Below, one piece after another: positions 40,317 to 50,138 of a stretch of DNA of 50,138 bases. The translations under genes were made by a program, and so were the position numbers. The notes under the pieces are model-generated. The model was not told the origin of the DNA and did not search any database. It worked only from the letters and a program-made list of their open reading frames with translations. The stretch's first letter is position 1; each line of letters opens with the position of its first letter. The DNA comes from Eledone cirrhosa (Eukaryota), in contig CAXHJY010000415.1 in the NCBI GenBank assembly GCA_964016885.1, positions 1 through 50,138 on the forward strand. Reading direction: 5' to 3'.

Positions 40317-43300
40317 ATGAAAAGAACAACATACACAAAAGTCAACGCACTCTACAGACAAAAACGCATCAACGGTAAGGAAATCCGAAATCTCATCACA
40401 ACAAACGAGAGAGATGACTTCATGAGCGTCATCCGACGCGAAACGAAATATGCTCAAAACGAATGCTGTAGGCATTTCAAGAAGAAATTAGAATGGATGA
40501 ATAAGAAAAAACTACAAGAAAGGAAAATCGAATATTCTCAAAAATACCCAGATAACATCGACAACATCCGTATGAGTGATGTAAAACTACCGGAAGAATT
40601 TACCAATGACCACACAGTAAATATCTATGGGAACACTTTAATCAGTGAACAAGAACAACAAATCCTAAAGTTACCACCAACATTTGCCATCTACAAAAAG
40701 ATTAACCCTATGGAATGCAAAACGGAGCTGGAAAAGTGTTTCACAAAAATACGTTGGAATGCAAAGGTAAACAACAACAACAATAATAACGGTAGTAGTA
40801 ATATAAACAATAACTCTGGGTATAGAAATAACAGCCATAACCATAACAATGGCAGGAAAGTGAGAAATAGTGATAATGGCAATAATACTAGCGATAGACA
40901 GAACAACAACAACCACAATAATAATAATAATAGAAACGTTAACCACAGACACAGCAACAGTGACCACAGTAGTAATAACGGTAACAATACGAACAACAAC
41001 AACAACAATAACCACAGTGGTAATAATGGAAATAGTACATGTAGCAACATCAACAAAAACAAGAAACATAATAATAGTAACAACCACAATGGTAGAAATA
41101 GCAGTAACAACAACAACAATAACGGTGAAGTAAACAACAATACATCTAGCAATCATAAGAATAATAATATTAATGCTAATGATAGAAACAACAACAACCA
41201 CCATGATAACAATAATAGCAACACACACAACTATGACGATAGAAATAACGACAACCCCTTAGAGAAACTATTTTTCAACCCAGCTGACAAAACATATAAG
41301 ATGGGTAATATCTATCCTACGAGGTTACCCTTTAATGAAAGAGTTTGCATACCACAGCAAATAGATGACGAGACGGAGGCACAGTTCACCATAGCTAGAA
41401 ATAAGATTAGACAAGTAGTAGACAGGTACACTATGAGACAGAGCAGACCAGAGGCCCAACAACTTGGGATAAAACCTGTAGAAGGCTTGGTTAGCCTCAA
41501 GCAGCGCACAAGGGATGGTGAGGTAGTGTGTCTACCCACAGATAAGTCTGGTAGGATGTCAATAGATAGCATGCCGAACTACATCGAGGCAATGCAACCC
41601 CACATCACCAACACGAGCGAAGTTGCACAACTAACACACGATGGGAGAGAAAAAATCCTCAACGCTCACATGATGATGTGGACTGACATCCTAAAGCCAA
41701 GCAGACGCACTGCCAACAACTTCCAGGCGTCTAACAATGGCATACCACCCTTGTATGGGCTCCGCAAAGACCACAAGACAGTCGACGACCCGACAACAGG
41801 ACCACCAACAAGACCCGTATGCGGAGCTAATATAGCTAGCAACTACAGGATCTCCTACTTCCTCTCAATGGTTATACGCCCCATAATCAAGATGTGCCCA
41901 GATGTATGTGAAAGTACAGAGGACCTCCTCAGCAGAATCAGTGAGTGCAACAAAAACAGGAGCTTATCCAACTGCATAATAGGCAGCATGGATGTGGTGT
42001 CACTGTACCCATCCATTAACATTGATTTTGCTGTGAAAAGATGTGTGGAGATGATCATTGAGAGTGAGGTGGAGTTCTGCGACGTCGACACAGACGAACT
42101 GGGCCTCCTACTTAGACTTACCTACGACACTGACTACCTAGACAGCCATGACCTTAGATGTTTCTGCCCTAGTAGACCTATAAGAGGTAGACCCCCCACC
42201 ATAACCTCAATGGCTAAAAAGACTCCCATAGGAAGGTGGATTGGGTGGACCAAAGCTATACGGACCCCCCAAAACACTGATCAGGTAAGAAAAATGGTCG
42301 CACATGCAATAGGGGCTAGTATCAAAACTACCCTAAAGGGCCACATATTTAAGTTCAATGAGAAAATCTACACCCAAAATGAGGGAGCAGCCATCGGCGT
42401 CAGCATAGCTGGTGATGTTGCCAACCTTTTCATGGTATGGTGGGAAAGGAGACTTAAAGATCTCCTTAATGAAAGCTCCATAGACCTCATCATGTACTCT
42501 CGTTATGTAGACGATATCAATATAGTTATAAGAACACCCCCACTAGAGAGCACTAACAAGTTTGATTTAGAACGTAGCACGATGGAAAGCATCCAGCAGA
42601 TAGCTAATTCCATACACCAGAGTATAACTGTAACTATAGACTTCCCTTCCAAACACCCTAACAATAGACTACCTGTATTAGACACAGAACTCTGGATTAA
42701 CACTATAGACGAGAGAGCCCAAATTCTCCACTCACACTATGCTAAACCCATGGCCTCCAAATACCTGATACTCAAAAACTCAGCAATGTCCAGTAGTGCT
42801 AAGTTTAATATTCTGATCGCAGATTTGGTACGAGTGATGAAGAATGTGTCCAGCATGTGCGACCCAACAGAAATGGAAGGACACATCCAACACTTCATCA
42901 ACCGCATGCAGTTCTCTGGCTACAACCAAAGAGACAGAGTCAGAGTATACGAAGGAGCCATGGAAAAGTATAAGACCCTCATAGAACTGGACATGAAAGG
43001 AATTTGCCCACTATACAGGAGCAAATCATGGAATAGCTTAGATAGGGCTAGACATAAGATAGGGAAGGCCACATCATGGTACGACAACCAGAGATATCAG
43101 AGTGTCATGTTTGTGGACGCCACCCCTGGAGGGAAATTAGCTAACCAGTGTAGAAAGGCCCTGAGAAAGACCCACTTAAAAATAAAGGTGGTAGAAAAGC
43201 CAGGAACCACCATAAAATCCCTGATCAGCAAAACCTACCCGTTTAAGAAAACCCACTGTACCAATAGGAAATGTATCATATGTAAGGTGAACCCCCGGAT

Positions 43301-43661
43301 AAACTGTAAAACTAGAAACGTAGTCTATAGCATAAGATGTACAGAGGGTACTTGCAGAAACATGACAACAACATACATAGGTGAGACAGCTCGTAGCATA
43401 GGTGAAAGGATAGACCAACACTGGGGGGAACTAAAAGGACGAAAAAACGGGTCAGTACTATACGAACATGCTAGACAACAACATGACGGTAACATAGACA
43501 ACATAGAAATTAGAATAATATCTAAACATAGGAATGACCCAGCAGATAGGCAAATCAGAGAGGCCAGTGAAATAGAAATTAGAAGACCAAAGCTAAACAG
43601 AAAGAATGAGTGGAACAACAACAACACCCAAACAAACAACACTGACCTAAGAGAAGTATAA
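40317..43661 (+). CDS. PLE RT + GIY-YIG with poly-Asn insert (lacks roughly the first 85-95 aa)
   Basis: TDKSGR, LYGLRKDHK, GSMDVVSLYPSI, GAAIG, YSRYVDD, Cys linker, YIGETARS, LNRKNEW. 1114 aa uninterrupted. Confidence 0.95.
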   Translation: MKRTTYTKVNALYRQKRINGKEIRNLITTNERDDFMSVIRRETKYAQNECCRHFKKKLEWMNKKKLQERKIEYSQKYPDNIDNIRMSDVKLPEEFTNDHTVNIYGNTLISEQEQQILKLPPTFAIYKKINPMECKTELEKCFTKIRWNAKVNNNNNNNGSSNINNNSGYRNNSHNHNNGRKVRNSDNGNNTSDRQNNNNHNNNNNRNVNHRHSNSDHSSNNGNNTNNNNNNNHSGNNGNSTCSNINKNKKHNNSNNHNGRNSSNNNNNNGEVNNNTSSNHKNNNINANDRNNNNHHDNNNSNTHNYDDRNNDNPLEKLFFNPADKTYKMGNIYPTRLPFNERVCIPQQIDDETEAQFTIARNKIRQVVDRYTMRQSRPEAQQLGIKPVEGLVSLKQRTRDGEVVCLPTDKSGRMSIDSMPNYIEAMQPHITNTSEVAQLTHDGREKILNAHMMMWTDILKPSRRTANNFQASNNGIPPLYGLRKDHKTVDDPTTGPPTRPVCGANIASNYRISYFLSMVIRPIIKMCPDVCESTEDLLSRISECNKNRSLSNCIIGSMDVVSLYPSINIDFAVKRCVEMIIESEVEFCDVDTDELGLLLRLTYDTDYLDSHDLRCFCPSRPIRGRPPTITSMAKKTPIGRWIGWTKAIRTPQNTDQVRKMVAHAIGASIKTTLKGHIFKFNEKIYTQNEGAAIGVSIAGDVANLFMVWWERRLKDLLNESSIDLIMYSRYVDDINIVIRTPPLESTNKFDLERSTMESIQQIANSIHQSITVTIDFPSKHPNNRLPVLDTELWINTIDERAQILHSHYAKPMASKYLILKNSAMSSSAKFNILIADLVRVMKNVSSMCDPTEMEGHIQHFINRMQFSGYNQRDRVRVYEGAMEKYKTLIELDMKGICPLYRSKSWNSLDRARHKIGKATSWYDNQRYQSVMFVDATPGGKLANQCRKALRKTHLKIKVVEKPGTTIKSLISKTYPFKKTHCTNRKCIICKVNPRINCKTRNVVYSIRCTEGTCRNMTTTYIGETARSIGERIDQHWGELKGRKNGSVLYEHARQQHDGNIDNIEIRIISKHRNDPADRQIREASEIEIRRPKLNRKNEWNNNNTQTNNTDLREV

Positions 43662-43925
43662 ATAAGTAAATAAAATTAAATAAAATAAGATAAATAAATA
43701 CATACACAAGCACATAAACACACACTAGTCACCCAGCAGACACAACACTATACACACTAGTCACACATCACACATAACACTATACACACACGCAAACGCA
43801 AACGCATGCGCAAAGAAGACAAAATAAAATAAGATAAACAAACAAGCAAATAAATAAATAAATATATAGACAGACTGAACAAAAAAAATGGCGTAGACAT
43901 ACAACACAACAGGAGGAACAATGAA

Positions 43926-43980
43926 TATAACACCACTGACGATGTTGCAGATGTGCAACGAAAGGTTTATGTAAATTATG
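43926..43980 (+). ncRNA. Hammerhead-like motif in the family 1b 3' region
   Basis: CA CTGACGA t GTTGCA gatg TGCAAC GAAA GGTT TA TG. Stem I is weak; same position as the family 1a hammerhead. Confidence 0.55.
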
Positions 43981-44200
43981 TAAACTATATATATGTGTTT
44001 GTGTCTATATTGTATCTGTATTATTTTTGACCGCCGGTCAGTCAATGGCAACATTGAGGACCGAGTAAGTTAGATCGTAGATATATATATATAAAAGACA
44101 GCGAGAAGCGAAAACCAACCAAACAGTGAGTGTGTTCTGTTATTAATTCTGGCAATATTACGCAAATATGACCCTCCCCAAATATAACAATATATATATT

Positions 44201-44458
<258 letters not shown>

Positions 44459-44480
44459 TATATATACACACATATATATA

Positions 44481-44980
44481 GGCATTAGGATTGGTGCTCT
44501 CAAATACCGATGTATACATGAATGTATGTATAGTATATTTGGCAATATACAATATGATTAATTAAAAACATTTTGAAGACCATAAGCTATCGGTTTTAAA
44601 GTAGTGATTATGTCACTTAATTCTTGTCGGCAAAAGAAGGGAGAGAAGCTAACAGGCTGTTTCACGCTGTTTGGCGATCATCAGAGTCACGCACTCACTG
44701 CTTCCGCCGAAAATTATAGAAGTTGGATTCTTATAGAAGTTCAGTAATAATCAGGAGCTGATTATACGGAGCGATTGCCGGTCCAGCAAAAATTAGGCAT
44801 TAGGATTGGCGCTCTGAAATAGCGACGTATACATGAATGTATGTATAGTATATTTGGCAATATAGCGTATGTTTGATTAAAGGCATTTTGAAGACCATAC
44901 GCTACCGTTTTAAAGTAGTGACTGTTTGCTTCTCTCTCTTCTTTCGTAAAGAAGGGAGATAGTCACTACTTTAAAACCGA
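44481..44980 (+). repeat. Partial tandem of a non-coding repeat ending in a hairpin at (TA)n
   Basis: 44481-44610 matches 44796-44920; terminal inverted repeat gttttaaagtagtgact / agtcactactttaaaac. Confidence 0.75.
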
Positions 44981-44984
44981 TATA

Positions 44985-45052
<68 letters not shown>

Positions 45053-45061
<9 letters not shown>

Positions 45062-45462
45062 CGTAAAATAAGATAATTATAAAATTAACTTACTTACTAA
45101 AAAATCACTTCCAACTAATTAGTTTCTGGAATGGAGTAAATATATTTTCCGAAGAAACATATAGAAAATCATTCCGTCATCAGGAAAGTCTTTTTCCGTA
45201 TAGGTCTCCAGGCATAGCGAGGACACTGGAAACTTATTAAAAAAATAATTCAGTGGAATGGAAATAGCGATGCGTGGACTGGAATCCAAGCCATTGAGAA
45301 AATCACTGCCTCTACGTCTGTGGCAAATTCAAAAAGAATCAATCACTTACATCGAGGTCAATCAGTGGAAAGCGAGTGGTTATTAAGACAGCGGCCAGCT
45401 TACTACCATAGTAGCAGTCATGGCCAAATATTGCTCGACAAATGAATTGGAGATAATTATAA
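45053..45462 (-). mobile_element. Unit A, second copy, with hammerhead motif at 45107-45189
   Basis: Homologous to 13168-13583. Minus strand: ACTTTC CTGATGA c GGAATG...CATTCC a GAAA CTAATTAG TT GGAAGT. Confidence 0.72.
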
Positions 45463-45469
45463 GGAATTT

Positions 45470-45812
45470 AAAAGGAAAAAAAGATGAAATCGAAAATGTA
45501 ACTGGAGTTATTTTTAAAAAACATATATATTTATTTGGTTGCTTTACCGGTTTCGCAATTCTTCTGCTTTTCAAAAGTAGAGTTGAGATGGAGGGTCTGT
45601 GGTTTTTCTCAGATGTGAAAAAAACCACAGGCTCTCCATCTCAACTCTACTTTTGAAAAGCAGAAGAACTGCGAAACCGGTAAAGCAACCAAATAAATAT
45701 ATATATATTTTTTAAATAAGACTCCAGTTGCATTTTCGATTTCATCTTTTTTCCTTATACTTTCACTCGTGTAGGACACTTCGGTTATTTTTCATTTTGT
45801 AAAAAATACCTC

Positions 45813-45821
<9 letters not shown>
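45470..45821. mobile_element. Unit B fold-back, second copy (hammerheads at 45542-45577 minus and 45650-45685 plus)
   Basis: Arms ~45470-45609 and ~45617-45756; long arm ends TTTCTAA-(TA)n on the right. Confidence 0.88.
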
Positions 45822-45888
<67 letters not shown>

Positions 45889-45892
<4 letters not shown>

Positions 45893-46160
45893 TTTAAAGT
45901 AGTGACGATGTCACTTACATCTTTTCGGCGAAAGAAGGGAGAGAAGCTAACAGTAACTACTTTAAAACCGATAGCGTATAGTCTTCAAAATGCTTTTAAT
46001 TAAAAATACGGTATATTGCCAAATATACTATACATACATTCATGTAAACATCGCTGTTTAAGAGCACCAATCCTAATACCTAAAGTTTGCTGGACCGGCA
46101 ATTGTTCTGTATAATCAGCTCCTGATTAATACTGGAATTCTATAAGAATCCAGCTTCTAT
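45889..46160 (-). repeat. Inverted copy of 44715-44980
   Basis: Diverged reverse-complement match. A further fragment lies at 32621-32697. Confidence 0.78.
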
Positions 46161-46373
46161 ATATATATATATATATATATAAATTAAATAGAATTAAAAT
46201 CGTCTTGATTTCATTTTTCTGTAAATACCTCAATGCAAGTAAGATTTGACAAAACCCATTCCAGAGCACACTTATGCCAGAATATTACAGAAAACACTAT
46301 TTATTATATATTGTAATACATATGAGAAGGAACCGAAGCAATCAAAAATTATTACTTCTATTTCTAGTCCTAC

Positions 46374-46430
<57 letters not shown>

Positions 46431-46553
46431 TAACAGATTAAAGTTTAAGCAAAGAATCGGTGCTTTCACCCTTAACGGGATCTTCTATATTTGATATATA
46501 TTTATCCTTATCGAGCCCTCTTTGGATTTTAGTCTTCAAATGTATTATTATTA

Positions 46554-47946
46554 CGCCTGGCGGACCGAGTCACGGAGCACCTCCGTGATATTCGTCTCGG
46601 GGGCAGTTCCCCCATCGCCCGCCTTTTGGTGGCCCTGGACATTCCGCACGCCATCTCACAGTCTGTGGCCTACTCCAGTGCCACGGAACCCCCGCCAATC
46701 GCCTTACGGTCGAACAACGAACTATCTTCAACTTACAGACCCACACTCCCCCCGGCCTGAACTCCCCACCTTTATTCCTTTAACCTTCGACCGCCCCCCT
46801 CCCTCCACACTTATCCCCCACTAACACCACTAACACACCCCACCTTTTCACCGCCCACCCCACAACTAACAATACTAACACCTCCACTCCACCCCACCCT
46901 CATCTGACCACCCTTCCCCAACTAACATACTAACATCCCTTCCCTCCCCTCTTCTCCTGCTCCCCCCTCCTTATCACACGCACACACCCACCGGCACACG
47001 CGCTCACACTAAACACACACCCTACTACCACCACTAACCCTCACCCCCACACCTCCATCCCACCACCACGCAACTAACCTCACTAACACCCCCTAACCCC
47101 AAGCACACGAACACACGCACCCACTTACACCACCCACCCCACACGCAACTAACATCACTAACACCCCCCAACCCCACGCACACGTACCCACACACCCTCG
47201 TACACCACCAACTCTACACACCCTACCACCACTAACCCCCACTCACACCTGCATTCAACCCCTCCCCACCTCCCGTATACTAACACCCACTAACACCTCT
47301 TCATCAAACTACACACACACCAGTACACCACACTCCCTCCATAGAACCACACACACCCTTCTCTCCCCTCTCCACCCACACCCTCGCTCAACACTCACTC
47401 ATCCCACTAACACCCCTACTAATACACACACACACACCCTCCTCACTCCAACTTTCACACCTACCCATCCTCGCCCCTTTACCATTCCACCAACTGCTGC
47501 TATGCCCTGTGACCACCTCCCAGCACAAACAGACCACAGCACTCCCACTGCTGACCACTTCCTGTTGCGCGCGCACCCCACATCTCTCCTCTTCCGACCA
47601 TCGCTTCATGGAATACCCACACGCAGAAATTGACCAGCCACCAATCCACTAAACATCTTCGGAATTTACCAACTTTTCAACCATCCTCTTACGCAATCAC
47701 CTATATAACTCACCCACACACACACCCCAAAAAAATGTTTTTTCTCCACACGCCACCTACACCCACAACACGCTTAAACCTCACACACTCGTGCTTTCCA
47801 CCACATATCTACACCCTCAGCATCCTGATTCCTCTCCCCCCACCCCTCTATCCACACAAGCACAGACACTCCGACCCACAAACTCCGCCCCCCAATCACA
47901 CCTCTTCTTGAACATGCAACCCCGTTCTTCCCCCAACCCTTACTTT

Positions 47947-47991
<45 letters not shown>

Positions 47992-48414
47992 CTACACACA
48001 CACACCACCTTCAGCCCTCCCCGCTCGGACACCCCGTCTCCCTCTCCCCACTCCACCCGCCACCCCCCTACACACCCTACACCCTTCCACCACCTGTTTA
48101 ACCCCCTTTTAATTCCAGTTTATTTTGATCATGCCTTTATTTTTAAATTTATCTCATTCCTTGTATTTTGATCATGCTTTATTTTTATTTCTATCTCTAT
48201 TTTTTATTTTTTCATTCGCACCGTTTCCTTTCGCTATATGTCTCTCCACCACTCCCCCTACACACCCTTTGAACTCTGTTCCCACACACTTCCCACCTGG
48301 GGAAGGGCTTATGCCCGAAACGTCGTCCCCCAGCAGCACCCCACTCTCCAGAGCGTGAAATTAATAAACATTTGTTGTACTGCCTCTCTGTTTTGTCCCT
48401 GTTCAAATTTTTTC

Positions 48415-48415
<1 letters not shown>
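46554..48415 (+). mobile_element. 5'-truncated lineage-3 PLE: GIY-YIG tail, C/A-rich 3' region, hammerhead remnant
   Basis: Frameshifted RLADRVTEHLRDIR...GHSARHLTVCGLLQCHG...NRLTVEQRTIFNLQTHTPPGLN (46554-46765). Ends at (TA)n. Confidence 0.75.
48297..48327 (+). ncRNA. Degenerate minimal hammerhead
   Basis: CTGgGGA a GGGC ttat GCCC GAAA CGTCG TC. A6 is mutated and stem I is not evident. Confidence 0.45.
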
Positions 48416-48497
<82 letters not shown>

Positions 48498-49269
48498 TAA
48501 CTTTACTACACAGTTGGTTCAACAGTGTAGCACTCGATGTTAAGTGGGTCCTATGGCTAATGATGTGTTGTGCATAAGGTAGTCGGTGTTCCTAAGAAAC
48601 AATGTTAATAATAATAATAATAATCGTTTCTACTTTGGCACAAGGCCAGCAATTACCCATTGCAAATAATAATAATAATGATTTCATTTATTGACCACAA
48701 GGGGCGACATGTAGGTGGCAATACAAAGACAGGGATGGTCGTGGTTTACAATTCAATTGAGTAAAAATGCACGATAACAAAGCCAATTATAATAATAATA
48801 ATAAGGAGGAGGAGGAGGAGGAGGAGGAGGAGGAGGAGGTATAAAAATAGTATCATTATGTTTACTAGCAGAAAAACAACCCTTCGGGTGGTTTTTCTGC
48901 TAGCATGTGTAGTGTGTATATTGATATAAAACGCAGGTATATATGATACATCAATACATCATGTAGATATGATACATCAAATAAAATCGTAATTGACAAT
49001 ATATAATACATAGAAATTGAACGAAGACTGTTTTATGCTGTCTTATTTAATCAGTAACATTATCCATGATACATTAAAAAAGACGATATTATATATAAAC
49101 TGCATTAGGAGAAAATTAGTGACAGAAAATTAGTATGTTTATTTAAGCAATGGGCAACCGGAAGTGTTGACATTTCAGAAATTTTAAAGAAGTGAATCTT
49201 TAAATAAACAAACTAAATTTAATCAACAGCCACGAAATTTAGTAGATAAATTATGTAATATTTATTTAT

Positions 49270-49450
49270 TTGGCAGTATCGGTAGAGGGTCGGACGCCAT
49301 GCTTTGCAGCACAGTTACGTCCCTTTACGGACTGAATTCAAATCCCGCCGAGGTTAACTTTGCATTTCATCCTTACGGGGTCGATAAAATAAAGTACCAG
49401 TAATACACTGGAATAATTGCTGGCCTTGTGCCAAAAGTAGAAACAATTAT
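49270..49450 (+). mobile_element. tRNA-type SINE remnant
   Basis: B-box-like gaattcaaatccc, then gccgaggttaactttgcatttcatcc..ggggtcgataaaataaagtaccagt and an ATT tail. Inverted tail fragment at 48620-48655. Resembles cephalopod SINEs (from memory). Confidence 0.65.
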
Positions 49451-49542
49451 TTATTCAAAGTAATCCAACTTATTTTACTAATGGGATAAAAAATTATAAA
49501 CCGTATGCAGTCCCGCGCTCCTTCCTTTATTATAGTTTAGAT

Positions 49543-49611
49543 TCACGTGTGACGCACGTTTCGCGATTGATCGTGTCCGACTCTGCAATAAAGAGCTCAT
49601 CAGACTCGTGA
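49543..49611 (-). ncRNA. Type I hammerhead with canonical core
   Basis: Minus strand: TCACGAGT CTGATGA GC...GC GAAA CGTGCG TC ACACGTGA (GUC site; one mismatch in stem I). Confidence 0.68.
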
Positions 49612-49677
49612 TGTCCTTAATGAGAAGAGATATCTATATAACGATGGATGGAGAAAGCTCCTATCATTGAAAAAAAA

Positions 49678-49770
49678 CAAGAGTCTGATGAGCTATCGAT
49701 TCTAGTCAGGCACGATTGATACTAATCGTACCTTGAGCTGATTGAACGTGAAACGTACACCATATGTGAA
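49678..49770 (+). ncRNA. Degenerate related hammerhead, opposite orientation
   Basis: GAGT CTGATGA GC...(ACGATT gatact AATCGT)...GT GAAA CGTACAC. Cleavage site mutated. Confidence 0.4.
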
Positions 49771-49912
49771 TAAAAATAACGATGCAATTTTGGCACCTCG
49801 TTCCTACATCTTATGACACACACACACGCACACACACATGCACATATATATATATATATATAAAGGGAAAAAAATATATTTTTCTTCCTAATAATCGTCT
49901 TTTTCTCCCTGT

Positions 49913-49951
<39 letters not shown>

Positions 49952-49952
<1 letters not shown>

Positions 49953-50138
49953 CGGAGATGAATTAGTTTTGCGAGGTTTTTTATATGAAATCGTGTGTCG
50001 AAACAAATATTGTTATACTTGGGGAGGGTCATATTTGTGTAATATTGCCATAATTAATAACAGAACACACTCACTGTTTGGTTGGTTTTCGCTTCTCGCT
50101 TCTGTGTCTTTTATATCGGTAATCTAACTTACTCAGTC
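49952..50138 (-). mobile_element. 3' end (pseudo-LTR) of another family 1b-like PLE, running off the window
   Basis: Matches 36718-36892; encodes [24 protein letters not shown] and then joins (TA)n. Confidence 0.88.

Larger units (their letters stand above)
40282..44193 (+). mobile_element. PLE family 1b, forward (right) arm, 5'-truncated
   Basis: Begins within the N-terminal domain (QAERLK, compare QADRLK in family 1a). Ends at ATGACCCTCCCCAAATATAACAA-(TA)n. Confidence 0.95.

Noticed and set aside
40767-41262. Asn-rich insert as an intron (AAG|GTAAAC ... CCTTAG)
   Set aside because: Splicing at these sites shifts the frame, there is little polypyrimidine tract, and family 1a has no equivalent donor.
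46800-47460. Telomere-like CTAAC/CCCTAA repeats
   Set aside because: Irregular; part of the lineage-3 PLE C/A-rich 3' region, also present at 32335-32608.

Overview
AT-rich eukaryotic, repeat-only window with no recognisable host gene. It is probably from an invertebrate; the SINE resembles Octopus SINEs from memory (inference). It is a (TA)n microsatellite field packed with nested retroelements. Contents: (i) two related young Penelope-like element (PLE) families with RT + GIY-YIG ORFs and an Asn-rich insert, one a partial-tandem insertion (14066-19843) and the other a 7.4 kb near-perfect palindrome (36758-44193); (ii) several decayed PLEs of a second lineage (Naiad-like) and a third lineage; (iii) a fragmented Helitron Rep/Pif1 gene with a CTAG terminus; (iv) tRNA-type SINE pieces; (v) short non-coding repeats. 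By eye I find about 16 type I hammerhead-ribozyme-like motifs. These include a family of ~220 bp non-coding fold-back elements whose core has the C3-G8 pair replaced by U3-A8. A recurring architecture, from about 58 bp to 7.4 kb, is a fold-back whose outer ends usually sit in (TA)n. All structures were read manually; no searches or folding computations were run. Most ORF-track entries (YI/IY, CV, LS repeats and antisense frames) are artefacts.
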